Source of the DNA: Amoebidium appalachense
Taxonomy: Eukaryota > Protista > Ichthyosporea
NCBI GenBank assembly: GCA_963693365.1
Contig: CAVNZM010000004.1
Location: 7,043,093-7,107,092, forward strand
DNA length: 64,000 bases
Direction of reading: 5' to 3'
Below, piece by piece: positions 1-14,724 of the stretch (positions within the stretch are counted from its first letter, which is position 1; every line of letters begins with the position of its first letter). The notes under the pieces are model-generated. The model did not search any database, had not been told where the DNA came from, and saw only the letters and a program-made list of their open reading frames with translations. The position numbers and the translations under genes are program-made.

Positions 1-806
1 CGTCCGGGTGCTGACCACCCGAGAGCCACATTTCTCAAATGCGTCTCACCAATCGACAGACTCAATCAAATTGTGTCACACGCTGATGTCGACATTCGAC
101 AGAGCCAGCTTCTTCATGCCCTTTTCAGCCCGGCGGCTACACGGCGTCATGGAATTTGTGCACAGAATGACGTCACCAATGTGGCTCCCCGCCCAGACGC
201 TAAAATGGAAGTAGCGGTGGTTGCTTTAAAATGTTCTGATAAGTGTGTTTGTTGCGGGACGTTAGAGAGATTTTTCTCACGGAATTTTGGGGGTTTGTTC
301 TGAAATAGTAGCTCGTGATAATGATATGGTTGGTGGGTAGATGTACCTACTCCTTCGATTTTTTGAAAGGATGTAGTTGTGTTGTTCGTTTTGAGTATTT
401 TGTAGTGAAACTCCGGTCGAAAAAAAAACACGATGATTCGAATTGTGGGTTTGATCATGTGTTTTGCTCGGAAAAGCGCTTGCATTCCGGGTTTTTGTGT
501 TGTTTTCAAAAACTTAACACATCTTGTCAGTTCTTATGTCTCTCTGCCAGTAACATATCTATGTATCAGCCCGACCATGGAATGAATAAAACTGCTGCAC
601 CGATCATTGAATGGTATTGCCGTTGCTCTCATGCTTGCCCCCCCCCCCCCCCCCCCCCCCCCCCCGCGCCAAGGTGACTTTCTTTTCCTTCCCCAATGAC
701 CCCCATACGTGCGCACAGATGCAATGTTAACTATACTAGTACTCGAAAAAGTACAGTTCATCCATCATGAGCACGTGTCCCCCCCCCCCCCCCCCCCCCC
801 CTCCTC

Positions 807-838
<32 letters not shown>

Positions 839-1021
839 ACAGGCCGGCCGAGATGCCGTCCAAGCTGGTTCTTACCTGCACATGTATATTGATTCTGTGT
901 CTCCGGGATGATGGATGTTGCAATTGTGGCCTGGGCTTTTTTTTTTTTTTTGGTGGTGTTGGCGGTGGTGGTGTGCTGTGTGTGTGTGTAGTACACATTC
1001 GTGTTTTTTTTTGTTTTTTTT

Positions 1022-1108
<87 letters not shown>

Positions 1109-1724
1109 ATGAGAACGTCAGAAGCAAGTAAATTTTTTTTTCTTTTTCTTTTGACTGGATTTATTCGACGGAAAGATATGCAAGTATGCATGGCATTACT
1201 GAGAAGACAATAAAAACTTCACGAGTTATCCAGTAACAAGTGCATACTGAGATACCTGAACACTGTGTGAAAATCATATAAATACTCAATGTGACGACCA
1301 ACAGAATTCAACAAAAAGTCTAAAGTGTTCACATTGCCAGCTAGTGTAGCAGATACCCGGAGGGAAAGAGGTAAAACACGACAGAAAAATTCACACCTAT
1401 CAACATGCTTGACAAGTAAATTATAAAAAGGTGAAGTTCAAATTGAACACCCATGTGAACAAACTGGCCGGCGCTTGGAAGGCTCTGATTTATCGACACG
1501 ACACTTTTTGTTCGACTGAGATTAGGTCCAGAGAAAGCAAGTGTGCCATATTAGAGCCAGAGGGGATTGATACAATTAGGCAGTGGTAGTGGTGCTTTTC
1601 TTCTCTTTTCTTTTTTTTTTTCCCTTTTCCCTTCCCTTCGCAGTTTGCCTTCGTTTTCTTTTTTTCTCTTTCGGAGCGAAATCCCCCCCCCCCCCCTCCC
1701 CCCCCCCCATCCCCCCCCCCCCCA

Positions 1725-1759
<35 letters not shown>

Positions 1760-2350
1760 AACCAAAAAAAAAAAAAAAAGAAAGAAAGAAAGAAAAGAAA
1801 CTCCCAACCCCCACCTCCACCCACAAATTCTCCCTGCCCCAAAACCTTTTTCCTCCCCCCAACCCTTCCCCATCCTCCCCCCTCCCCCTGCCCCGTCCCC
1901 CCCTTTTTAAATCAATGTCAGGCAATGCTTTTTTCCTTCCTTCTTTTTATTGCTTCCGTTGGCCAGCGACACTCCTACTATGTACATCCGGTCCCTCCAT
2001 CCCTAGGTCCCCCCCCCTCCCCCCCCCCCCCCCCCCCCCCCCCCCCGCCGCTGCCGCCGCCGCCGCCACAACGTCCCCCCTTCACCCCGTTCCTCCCTTT
2101 GGGGATAAAAAATATGGGGCTTGTTGAAGCTAGCACCGGGAACCCTGGTTATGTATCCTTACTTGACAATGTGCCTACTTCGCCTCACGTAAGGCTAAAT
2201 CATTGATTATTATCTATTAAATTAGTATATAATTCAGGGGTGGCAAACGAAACATTCAAATATTGGAAAATAATGTGTAGGTGCCGCTCGACGGGATGGT
2301 ACAGCTGATTGTGCAGGTAGCTCCCCCCCCTCCCCCCCCCTCCCCCCCCC

Positions 2351-2384
<34 letters not shown>

Positions 2385-4154
2385 ATAGTAGCTACCCCAG
2401 CCTCAGCCCGCCCGCCTTCAACGGAATACATACCCCAACACCATCAACTTCCCCCCTCCCCCCTCTCCCCGGGCCCCTCTCCCCCTCCTCCTCCCCCCGG
2501 GCCACCACCGCCATAAAAAACTTTACTACACCGGTGCCACCACCAAAGAAGACCCCTTCGCTTATCCGATGACTCATGATCACTACTGATAGTGCGGTTC
2601 ACGGCCTGTCGTTCATATCTATCCCCCCCCTCCCCCCCCCCCCCCCCCCCTCTCTCTCCGGAGTCCCTCCCTCCCTCTACCCCTTTTCCTCCCCCTACCG
2701 CCTTTCCCTCAGCGCATTCTCAACCTCTCCCCCGTCCTCCTACCCTTGTCCTAACCCCCTTTACCTCCCACCCTTACCACCCGGCACACACACACAAACA
2801 CACACACACAGACGCACGCACGCACGCACGCACACGCACTGCACACGCGCAAACAAGCACGCACAGGTACGCACACCTACACACACACCGACACACACAC
2901 GTTCACATGTGCACACACACCACCACACTGCACACACACACACGGTCTACTCCCTCTCGACTCTCTCCCTCTCTCCCCTCTATCCTCCGTGAGATCTGGT
3001 CCCAATAACATGCATGGTACTGTTTTGCATATCGATCTCTCTTCGTTTTTCCCTTCTGTCCTCTGCTTCTTCGTTTTCTCGTGTTCTTGTTCCCGACCGA
3101 GGCTGAAAGCCGAAGGAAGGGCAGTTAGGGGGGTGCAGGGGGGGGAGCTAAATTACGTGACCTGTCAAGAGGGTCCGACGCGAAGCAAAACATGCGTGTC
3201 AGACGTGGCAGGGTTTTCCACAGCCAATCAGCGGGCCCCCTAACTGTTTGAAACATGCACTGGCAGGATCCCCCAAAACTCATATGAGTGGGGCGAGTCG
3301 TATGTGTGTAGACAGAGAAGTTTTTTCTTTTGACTCGGGCTTATTGATCCGTTGATGAAGGCAACGTGCAGCCAAAGGCAAAAAAGTTACATTTTTCCAG
3401 TTTCGGGATTTTGGACAAGGGAAATTCCGTTACAGACATAGACTGCAACTTGCCTTACATATAGTAAAAATCGAAAAATCTACACTTCTAAAGGAGATTG
3501 CGGTATAATGATACTTTTTCGTATTTACTATTTACATACTGTTACACACATACGAAAACGTTACATAGTGGTTACACACATACGAAAACGGGGTCTCAAA
3601 TTCCCGGGAGCGCAGATACGGACAAACGATCACCCCTCCACTAAGAAGTGTTGGGCAGAAATAGCAACCAATCACACTTAATTAAGGGGGTACATTTCTT
3701 TTAGCTTTTCGGGCCGGGCCGGTCAGAGGGGATTCTAGGCTATATGATTGGCGTACCGCGCATCAGCTGCGCACCATCGTTTTGGCGGCAGCAAGGTACA
3801 GATGCCCCATAATACGACAATAAAGAAAAAGAAAAGAGAAAGAAAAGAAATAAAGAGTGGAATAATAACACAAAGCTTTAGGAAGAAAATTGCAGTTCAT
3901 ATCACGGTTTATATGCTGAGTAAATGGCTTGACCCGAATGTGCTGGAATGGGGACAATTAATCGGCCTAAAAGAAACCCCCTTAAAAGAAAGCAACACAA
4001 GACCCAACATGTACACCAACATCACCTGGGCTGGGTTGCGGCGAATGCTACAAAACAAAACATGTGCCCTACACAAATAGCAATCAATCACACGTGATAA
4101 AAGAAGCAACATATGCGCGGGGCCGGGTCAGATGAAGTTGCGAATTGAGTTCTT

Positions 4155-4335
4155 AATCCGATTCGAATCTTTGACCGATTCCGGTCCGATTACGAATGTG
4201 CTCCGAATCGGAATTCAAAACCGATTCCGATCCAATTTCGAACCCCTAACCGATCCGCTCACTTCCGAATCGGGATTTCCATCCGATTTTCACTTCCGAA
4301 TCGGGATTTCCATCCGATTTCCGCTCCCAAAAAAG
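4155..4335. repeat. Cluster of CCGATT/CCGAAT/AATCGG short motifs, resembling a DNA-transposon subterminal region
   Basis: Many CCGATTC/TCCGAATC motifs, including a tandem duplicate of cacttccgaatcgggatttccatccgattt. A second motif cluster lies at ~4910-4950. No TIR or TSD could be fixed. Confidence 0.45.
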
Positions 4336-4630
4336 CGGAATATTTGCTAGATACCCCCGGTTCCTGATCAGATGGTGACCTTAGACGCATTATTTCTTTC
4401 CATCGGTTAGGCTACCAGCTAAAAGACTCTAAAATTTAATACTTCTACATAGACATAATATATACAAAACTTAGGTATAAACCTAAGAGAAACTTATGAT
4501 TGAAAAGATTAATTTAGGATTGCCAAAAACGCTATCCGTGACCTGCGTACATGTGCCACATGCTTATCAACTCATGCGTGAGCCAGATCACGCGATCGGG
4601 CTTCGAAATTTGACAAGCGATTTTAAACAG

Positions 4631-4730
4631 AAGTAATCCAAATATGGCAAATCAGATCAAGTCGTAATGCACAAAATTTCAAGTAATCCAAATATGGCAA
4701 ATCAGATCAAGTCGTAATGCACAAAATTTC
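4631..4730. repeat. Perfect 50-bp tandem duplication
   Basis: aagtaatccaaatatggcaaatcagatcaagtcgtaatgcacaaaatttc occurs at 4631-4680 and again at 4681-4730. Confidence 0.95.
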
Positions 4731-5737
4731 AATCTGTTTCGATGCGTATTTAACAAAGTATCAGTGCTAGATTGTTACTTTTTGGAAGGTTACAAAAAAT
4801 AGTAAATAATTTTTCCATGTAATTATATTAGGTATAGTTATTTCACATTTTGTAAGTGATGATTATAGACTGTGGCACATGAACGTTCTCAATTCGATGC
4901 TCAAATCCTACACCGATTCCGATCCGCTTCCGAATATGTTCCGAATCCAGTTTCGCCTGGAGCCTCGGTTCGGGCACACGCGGAGACCGTGTCGACGCAA
5001 TTTATAGATTTATGCTTTCGCCGGTCAAAGGACTCACGGGTGCGTGACTGAAGAAACATAAACAAACCATATAAAGCAATTGCGCCACTAAATATGGCTA
5101 TAAAATTGTGACACTGATAAGGCATGCGCATTCACTTCCTTGTAATTGGTCAAACAAACAAAGCACTGATTCCAGGAATGTACTCTGCGCCAATCAAAAG
5201 ACGTTTTGAATTGTTGGGGTAACAAGAAACCAATCAGAAATGAGAGGCTCAGATTTCCAAAAATGACGCAAAGACGCGCGCCCCTATTGGCTTCTTTTGA
5301 CATGTTTATCATGATTTTTCGCAAATAGGAACACGCGATCTGTAGCCCGCACCACCTGTCAGCAGAAAACTTGTAAAGATGCCGCAGGAAAAGCCAAGAC
5401 GTGTGGGAGGGGCTGGCAGCTGCCAACAAACAAACAGAACGGATCAGCGGGGAAGGAAAAATATCGGGAAATAGGTTTGTGAATCGTAGAAATTTTATGG
5501 GGTGGGGTCGAACCTCAACAAGCCATGGGGGGCATGCACTCGAAACCCCAATTCGGTGTTAACATCTCTGAGATCTCCAAGAGAAAGACCCATGCTAGCT
5601 GCTCTCTCCTCTGTAGTCGAAGATATGGTGCACAGGATAATAATGTGTATGTGACGTGGTTGCTGGGTATGGGTAGCTTTCCATGCTTTCTTGCGCAGTG
5701 GAGAGTGGAGGCACATTAATGGGATATGTAGGAAGAT

Positions 5738-5779
<42 letters not shown>

Positions 5780-7273
5780 CCCCCCCTCCCTTCCCCTCTG
5801 CGGACTCCTTTGGTATGCTATGTGACAAGTTTGAGTGTCACGTCAGTCGGAAGGTTCAGGGTAAGGCATTTTTCAAATTTCAGACTTTCCCTTCCATTCT
5901 CCATATCAACCACCGCTCACCCAACCGGCCACAACCCCCCAAAAACTACAAAAGGGGCCGCCCCGCGCATGCCCCATTGCCCAGTTCTGCATTCGCTCGG
6001 TGCGTTTAAACTGTTTGCGTGAGCCTACTCAAGCTTTTGAGTCTCCTCATTGCGTCGTGAAACTAAAAACGTACATGGCCGTTCTTCTCAGGTGACAGTC
6101 ATTACTCGTCAAACCAGTGTAAAGGACCCATTATTCAACTTAAGGAAGAAAATATATTTCCTAAGCATTCTCCTTTTTAACTGCGTTCTAGTAATTTCTT
6201 TTTTCGAGTGTTGGAAAGTGGAGCCCGTCTGGCAGAGTCGGTCGAAATCTTTCGGGAAAGGGGCGTTGAAGGATAATGAATTTAACAACTAGAGGTGACA
6301 CTTTGAGCCTCTTTTTTCTCTTTTTTTCCTGCTCATAGAGTCAGGAGACACAACATACTAGCGTCGGGAAGAAAACCCAGGACGAAAAGTTGGTCTATTT
6401 GGGCATTTTTCTTTTTCTTTCTTTTTTTAACTTAAAAAAAGTAGAGTAATTTGGATCTTTGTCACGCAAGGAGAACAGCTGCAGCAGGAGACCTGCCTCA
6501 AGACTACACAAGGTTCTACTGTTGCTTTGGACTCACCGTAGTGGCATGGTGAAATATTTGGATGAGCAGCCACTTATAATAAGATTGTAAGTTGCTTGTG
6601 GGGGGTGTGCGTGTTCGTGGGTGGGTGTGGGTGGAGTGGGTGGATGTGGGTGGGTGGATGTGGGTGGATGTGGGTGGGTGTGTGGGGTGGGTGTGGGTGG
6701 GTGGATGTGGGTGGATGTGGGTGTATGGGTCGGTGGGTGTGGTTGGATGGGGTGTTGAGTGGGGTGGGGGGCGGGGACGGAGGGATGGTGTGTGTGTGTG
6801 TGTGCGAGTACAGCACACTTTTCATGTGTGCACTGGGTGCGGCCACACGGTCTCTGTTTCAACGGCACCGGCCTGTGCTCATTTTCCCCACACGTCTGTT
6901 CTATATTAGTGCATTTTTAACTTTCTATATTGGTTGGTGCATGTGCTCCTGCGTGTGTGTGTACCTGTACGTGTACGTGTGTGTGTTTGTGTTGTATTTG
7001 CTGCGTGTGTGCCCGTGTGTGTGGTGTATATGCGCGTGTCGTGCGTGTGCGATTCTTTTTTTTTATAATTTTCAAATAAAAATCAAATTGCCGAACTTGG
7101 TGCTGCCTTCCGTGGTGTGTTGTGTGGGTGTGGGTACCTGGCCATTTTGGTTTTGCACGTTGAGCCATGCACGGTGAATTTTTGAGGATACCGTTGTGAA
7201 GTTTCCGAAAGTTATTGTTTTTTCGTTTTGTTACTGGGGTTACGTGTGGGTGGGACTTCTTTTCCGGGGAGGG

Positions 7274-7311
<38 letters not shown>

Positions 7312-8021
7312 GGGGGGCAGGCTTCGCTGCAACCGTTCGTGGCAAAACTTCAGTAGTACACACATACACAGCCTCACACAAAAATAAAGCCACCACCACA
7401 CAAACCAGTCATTTGTAAATTAATGTTTAACTGGTGTGTTCTTCACCCATCCTCTTCGCAGATTATCCTAATTCTCCCTTGCAAACTCATGTCGTATGTG
7501 ATTATAGTTTTTCCTGTTCTGTCCAATACATTGTTCATTCTCACTAACACAAAACCCCCCTACCTCCGCCTTTACCCCCTTACCCCCCCCCCCCCCCCCC
7601 CCCCCCCCCAACCCGCCCACCCACCCACCCACTTAAGCACAAATCCACCCATCGTCTTCTCTTCGTTCTCCCTCCACCCTTCTCCCATACCCCAAACATT
7701 TGCAAAACAACTGCACGTGTACACATACAGAGCTTTGGGACTTCAAGAGCCGTGAGTGTGCAAAAACCGCAACTTGCAACAAGATCAGTTTTTCCAAACC
7801 AAACTCCGGTATAATTGTTAAATCCATCCTCGCGAGAGATTCCAGATAGTTTCCTGTTAGAATAATTCGGTATAGGGAATTTACCACCCTATTTTATACC
7901 CAGGCGTTTTCTATGAGTCGAAGGGGGTTTCTCTCTCTTTTTCTATTGTTAATTTGTTCTTCTTTTTCTTGTCACACGCAACAAGTGGGGGCCTTTGCCG
8001 TTTGGCGGGTGCTACGTCAGG

Positions 8022-8852
8022 ATGGCGACCGAAATTTTACCACAGACAGAGGTTGAGACCTCCCTGCAGCCACCGCCAGTGCCCAATGGTTCCCCGCCTT
8101 GTGAAATTCCAACCATTTCCGACCACCTATCCTCCCTCTCACCCATATTCCAACTGCCGCCCTTGACATTCCCAGCTGGCATGGAACCCCCGACTCACCT
8201 CAAAACCGACCAAGCAGAAAATTCGACTCACGTGGAGCAGCCCGTCACCACCACAAACGACGCAAGGAGCGAAAATTTTCTCCCCGGCCGGTCGGAATTT
8301 CCCTTGACGGAAGGCATCGGGGTGGTGGACGAAAACACACAGGATGGTGGGGAGAAGACTCCAGCACGAAAACGGAGAAATTCGGTGAAAAGCACGGGAA
8401 TACAGAACAAAAACACCGAAAACCAGGAAGAGGTGCCGAAAAAGCGCAGGGGCCGGCCACCCAAGAGACCCCCACCCATCACCATGACCGACAAAGTCTC
8501 TGAGCGGGGGGATCCTACGATGGAAATTTCGAGCGGGAACGTGGGAGACGGGGGTAATGGGGAGGCAGCGCAGGGGGACTCTATGAGGGAGGAGAGGCGT
8601 CAGGGTATCGTGAATGCAGCACAAGTCTCAGGTATTATCCCCCCCCCCCCCCTCCCCCCCCCTCTCCCCCCCAGCGCCCCCCTCCCCACCCACCCAACCT
8701 CCCTCACAAAATACAGAATTACCGTTACCTCTAAGCCACCATTTCTACTCCAACATGCACACGCGCACAAAAACAACGCACCTTTTGCCTTCAGAATTTC
8801 AGTCTAATTGTTCACCACTACCCCTCACCCTCTCATGCTAAGAGGAGAAAAA

Positions 8853-8905
<53 letters not shown>

Positions 8906-9556
8906 GGGGGGGGGGGGGGGGTTCTACATTAGTGTCCCGTTGCTTGGTACATGCAATGAACCGTCTCAACCCCACGAAACCAGCACCGTGAATCAAAAAG
9001 GCAAAACACTCAATTTATATGTTTATGATTGGCAGATGGTCACGGGATGCAACCGGCAAGGGTGGAGACAGAGAAGCCCCACACGGACAACCTGGCCAGT
9101 TTGTGGGGTATGTTGCCTGAAATCCTTTTTTGCATTTTCATAACAAATACCGATTCAGCAATTCGGAAATATACCCCCCCCCCCCCCCCCCCCTTCTCCT
9201 CCCCTACCTACCCCATAGCAACTGCTTTAGTTGATAAGCTAAGCCTACATCCCCCCCCCCCCCCCCCCCCAAAAAAAAAAAAAAAAAAAAAAAAAAAAAC
9301 AGAAAGAACAAAATCCCCCACTCCCCACCATAGATTTAGGACTATTGCCCTTTGTTTTTCTGGTAATGTAGAAAATTATTTAGAGGTAGCCGAAACCCGG
9401 TGCAGCCCCCCCCCCCCCCCCCCCCCCCCCCTTCCCCCCCCCTCGGAATATAAAGAACAAAATCTCCCACTCCCCACCATAGATTTAGGACTATTGCCCT
9501 TTGTATTTCTGGTAATGTAAAAAAATGTATCTAGAGGTAGCCGAAACTCGGTGCAG

Positions 9557-9589
<33 letters not shown>

Positions 9590-9760
9590 TTTCCCCCCCC
9601 TCTCCCCCCTCCCCCCTCTTCCCCTTTCTTAAATTATTTTTATATCCCTCCCCCCCCCCCCCCCCCCAAAAAAAAAAAAAAAAAAAAAAAAAAAGTGCAC
9701 ACCCACCACCACCTCCATCCGAACACACAACACACTCGCACACACTCACACACACTGTCA

Positions 9761-9796
<36 letters not shown>

Positions 9797-9887
9797 CCTC
9801 CCCTCCCCCCCACAAACACTCACTCACTCACCCCTTCCCCTCCCCACCCCCCCCCCCCCCCCCCCACACACACTCTCCCCCCCTCTT

Positions 9888-9935
<48 letters not shown>

Positions 9936-11512
9936 ACAGAGGCATGCCAGATAGTCGACAATGCTTCAAGACAACCTCCGCCTGCCTCCCCGGCCCCATC
10001 CCACCCCCCCACTGCCCAGGCGGCCGGAAATACCTACTCTATCACTCTCCCCGGGGGGGCCCAAGCAATCCTCCAACTTCTTCTCCCCTCGTACGTGGAA
10101 GATGCGCCCCAGAGTACAAATCCGACCAGCAGTGGCCTGAATCTCATCCAGAACCCCCCTTCCGAACACCATTTCCTAAGCAACGACCCCCATTTGTACA
10201 TGACGGCTTCACACTACCCCACCTATGCCAACACCCCACCCGCAACGCCCGTCAAGGACTCGCACGTTCAACCCCCCTACCAAACGGCCCGAAATTCCGG
10301 CTACGGGAACGCCGACGACTACCATTATTTCAACTTTTTGAACACGGAAAACGAAATGTTCACGAGCGCACCACCCGCCCACCAACCCAGCCACTCCAAC
10401 CCCGGCCGAAATTCGGGAAATGTCCACCCGCACCTCAACCTACCCACGTGCACCCCCAGTTTTTCTTCCATCGTGCCTATGTCCCCTCCGCCCACCGCGC
10501 CCCTCCCAAACCCCCCCAATTTTCAGGCCGTCCACTCGTTTGATTTGATGGATCTGGCCGAGTTGTGCACCCGTCAGGGTGGGGCCAGGGATCATAACAC
10601 CCGTCGAAATTTCAGTGGGGGGTCCCAGGGTTGGGAGGTGGTGGAACTCTCCCATGACTCGCAGTCCTGCATGTCGTCCACCGAGAGCGTGATGGGGGGG
10701 TCCTATTACATAGAAGAACATTTTCCGGAGGAATTGCGCGAACTGATGGAGTCCGGGGCTTGCAACTTCCCCCTTGCCACAATTGGTTTGTTGAACCCCC
10801 CCCCCCTCCTCCCCCGTCCCTCCTACTCCCCCCCCCCCTCCCCCTCCCCCGCCCAGCCTCCCTCTTCCCCCCCCCCCCCCCCCCCCCCCGCACTACCCCC
10901 CTCCCCCTCCCCTCCCCTTCCCCGTTTCTTTGCATTGTGGTTCCCCTTTCCTCTTGTTGAAATTTCAAGGGGAAAGGCCAATGAGATTTCAAGAGCATCC
11001 TCACTCCACCCTTGCTACTAGCCACTTTGGGCCTAGAACCCACTCCGTTATGATAACATAAAAAATCACCACACTAACCACATGAAATTTCACACAGAAC
11101 CCCACCCCATCATGCGCCCCCTCTCACCCTCTCCACCTCGGCCTACATCCTACACCTCAGCCTCCACCGATTTCCGTCGTCCGGCCCCCTACACCGACCC
11201 CAAATCCCGTCAGGTCGCTCAAAACCCCCCAAATTCCCAAAATTCCCAAACCCACGCCAGCCGTCCAATCACACGGTCCATGCGTCATAGGACCCCCCCT
11301 CCCACCGTCAGCCCCCTTCGCACCCGCTCCTCTCCGTCCGACCAATCGCGACCCCCGACCACCACCGCGACCAAATCAGTACCCGTGGCATCTAAAAATG
11401 GAAAGATCCCCCTGGCGAGAATGCCGCGGCGCAAGAACTCGCAGCCGTATCCCAGCAAGAAGGGGTCTGATGACGAAAGGTGGATTACATATTACATCCC
11501 CCCCCCCCCCCC

Positions 11513-11551
<39 letters not shown>

Positions 11552-11949
11552 AAAAAAAAACCCATCCCTCTCTGCCTGCTCTCAGTCTCTCCCCCGCCTC
11601 CCCCCCCCCCCCTTCCCCCCCCCCCCCCCCCCCCCCCCCCCTCCCTTACAAACTTTGGAAGTTTCCCCGTCCTCTCTTTTCTTTTTTCGGATCATAAAAT
11701 GGAAATTATTTTTAGGCGCGAAAAATACTTAGTGGGATCGTCAGCTAGCAAACTAGTTTCTTTACCTGACAGGGCAGTTCCTTTTTGTCAATGCCATTTT
11801 TGACACTAAAATTTTTCAACTAACGGGCCAATGGGGCAGCGAGGAGGACATTTACGCCAAGAAGCAGAGCCACCGTGAGGCTGTGAGGCGCACACGAGAG
11901 GAGATTAAGCAGGGACTGGGGGACCTCAAGGCACAGATACTCGAGTACA

Positions 11950-12030
<81 letters not shown>

Positions 12031-13603
12031 TGTGTGCATGATTGATTGAATTAGATTAGGTATGGGTGGGCTGGTGCTCGTGATTTACGTCACAGGCACA
12101 CAAGCAAGTTGATCGACTTACATTGAAATTAATTCGACAGGTACCGAAGAGAAGTCTGGGCCTTTCAGCCGACCGTCGTCAGAGCAACCTCACTGTCGTA
12201 CAGCAGGGTACAACCTCCCCCCCCCCCCCCCCCCCCTTCCCTCCCTCCCTCCCCTACCCCCTCCTTCCCCCCCCCCCCCCCCCCCCTCCCCCCTCCCCGA
12301 AACCCCGTCCAAACACGCACACACACACACTTCCTGCCTATTCATTGGCAACATCAGTCTTCGAGAAAGTAGAAGAAAAGTGGAAGAGAAAGCAAAAGAA
12401 AAGAGCAAGAGAAGAAAAAATTGAACGGTTGGGTGTAGTTGAAGAAAGAGAGAGAAGAGAGTGAGGGAGAGAAACAAATGAAAATTAGCTCATTGATTGT
12501 AGGATTGCCGATAGAGCAAAAAAGAAGCTCAAAGGCGTTCGATCAGCAACTAGTCAGTGCTTGGTTTGGACCATACTGGAAATAGTGTTTCTCTTGATTC
12601 CTCCGCGCTGCTGGTAGATAGGGGGTGTTTGCGTGTGAAGAGTGGCCAAAAACTGGTTTTATGTTTTAGTTCACCCAGTCACCATATGCAAGGAGCCGGG
12701 AGGGGGGAGGGGGGAATGGGGAGGGGGGGGGGGGGGGGGGGAGGGAGGAGGGGAAGGGGGGAGGGAAGGGGGGGAGGGGGGGGGGGGGTCACCGATAAAA
12801 TGCTATGTTAGAGAGAAGTGATGCAGTGTCTCTGACATGATCTCACAATGGGCAAACCAACTCCAATTTAGCCGATCGTGCCTAATATTTCCCCGATTAC
12901 ACCCGATTGCAGCGATCCAGTACATCAAAGCCCTCAAGAGCGATCTGGAAGTCATGGAGGAGGACGTCCACAAATTTTCTGCAGACAACAGAAAGCTCGA
13001 GTATGTGCCCCCCCTCTCTCCGACCCTTTCCAACATGTAACCCCCCCCCCCCCCCCCCCCCCCCCCCGTCCCCACCCTTCTCCCACACTCTAAAAACACA
13101 TATATATCCTCCGCCTTTCTTCTCCGAAAATCAACTCTTTCACCCATTCTTTGGTAACCTCTTCCTGTTTTGTTCCTTCTTTCAACACTAATATCTCGCC
13201 GAAAGGCTTTGCCTTTATCTCGCTTCCATCCCCCCCCCCCCCCCCCCCCTCCCCCCTCCCCCCAAAAAAATAAAAAAAATAAAATAAAAATAAAATAAAA
13301 ATAAATATATAAATAAATAAATAGATAAATAAAATAAACAAACAAACAAATAAAAAACACTCTAGACATTTTCAGCTAGCCAACCGCCATACCGGCCCAG
13401 ATAGCCCTGACCATACATTGCACCGTTCAGGCGTGTGATGCCCCATTCCCTTTTCATATGTTTTCCTCTACTCCTCTGGCTCTAAGTGTTGACCTGATCA
13501 CGATTTTTGCCATTGATGCTTCCTCATACGCATTGTCCCCCCCCCCCCCCCCCCCCCCCCCTCCCCCCTCCCCCCCCTCCCCTCCCCCTCTCCCCCCCTC
13601 CCC

Positions 13604-13634
<31 letters not shown>

Positions 13635-13729
13635 AAAAAAAAAAAAAAACCAGGTCTCTGCGCATGAGGAAGGAGGGTGGAGGCAAGAGGCTAGGGCATT
13701 TCAGGGAGCCAATCACAGTGCGCTGTTAA
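8022..13729 (+). CDS. AT-hook + C-terminal bHLH-leucine zipper transcription factor (Myc/Max/Mlx-like architecture), 8 coding exons
   Basis: Exons 8022-8631, 9036-9107, 9940-10785, 11098-11479, 11840-11951, 12141-12207, 12913-13000 and 13654-13729 (TAA); all GT-AG with matching phases. AT-hook KRRGRPPK. Basic/helix 1 KKQSHREAVRRTREEIKQGLGDLKAQI. Helix 2/zipper QSNLTVVQQAIQYIKALKSDLEVMEEDVHKFSADNRKLESL. A possible in-frame upstream exon (ATG 6546 to donor after 6586, spliced to 8021) could extend the N-terminus. Confidence 0.85.
9303..9556. repeat. Intronic ~105-bp tandem duplication separated by a poly-C tract
   Basis: aaagaacaaaat..ccactccccaccatagatttaggactattgccctttgt..tagaggtagccgaaac.cggtgcag at ~9303-9405 and ~9452-9556. 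Confidence 0.9.
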
Positions 13730-13799
13730 AACGTCTGGCCGATCACAAAGGGTGGATGGGCTATACCTGTGTCCTTGGTGCCTTGTTTCCTCTCCTTAA

Positions 13800-13830
<31 letters not shown>

Positions 13831-14724
13831 AAAAAACCTCTCCCCCCCTTTTTTTTGGTTGCTTCAGCTGTTGGTGAAAGGGTGAGGAAACGGGAATTGG
13901 ATGTGGTGGAGGTTTTCGGTGGATATTGGGTGGAAGGGGGGATTATAGTAGCAGTTTGGGGTCTATTAAGGGGGATTCAAAATCTGAAATTTGTATACAG
14001 TTTTGTTTACTTGCAATACGGGTTTTCAGAACATCTTCTGCCCTCTTTTGCCCAAGCGGATATATGCATTGCTGATATATATGAAATTTCATGGTGTGTG
14101 GAGATAGATATCTTCCGTACTGTATCAAATTCCACGTCTGGTTGATCTCTTCTGTTTCTAGATAAACCCTGCGTATATTTTTTTATTTAAAACTTGAGAA
14201 CTTTTAGTATGTTGGATACTTATTACTTTTTGTAGTTAGGATACGACAGCAGGGCTTTTTCACTTTTAGTGCACTCATATCACACACAAAAATCCTTTCA
14301 CTTTTTTAATCGATAACAACACCCACACGTGCATGCAGACACTTGCGCGCACACAGGCACACATACATGCACACTGCACACGATTACACACGCACACAGA
14401 ATCATCGAACACGAGCATATGCTAGTTATGCTTTTTTTTTTTTTTTTTTTTTTTGCTTTGCTGTTTAAGATTTTCCATCGGCTAGATCGATTGGTGCGAA
14501 GATTCAACATTTTGGCAGCTAAAAAGCCAATACCCGATATTATTTTTCTAAGATTGTTTCTTTTCGGAGTTTTATCGCAATACTTACGTGTACACCCTTT
14601 GAAGTTCGTTGAACTCAGGTTGTCTTGGTTGGAAGGAAAGCCAAGGGATTGAAAACTGGGAAATAAAACCCATCATATCACCTCGGAGCGAAAAATGGGA
14701 GTGTGTGTATGTGCAACGGTAGCT

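Noticed and set aside
1-3100. Possible exons of a gene (1-303 ORFs, a minus-strand cag/gtaag-bounded segment at ~876-930, Pro-rich 2385-2570)
   Set aside because: No recognisable domain and no phase-consistent exon chain could be built on either strand.
4120-4990. Complete DNA transposon bounded by the CCGATT motif clusters
   Set aside because: No convincing TIR pair or TSD was found; only the motif cluster is reported.
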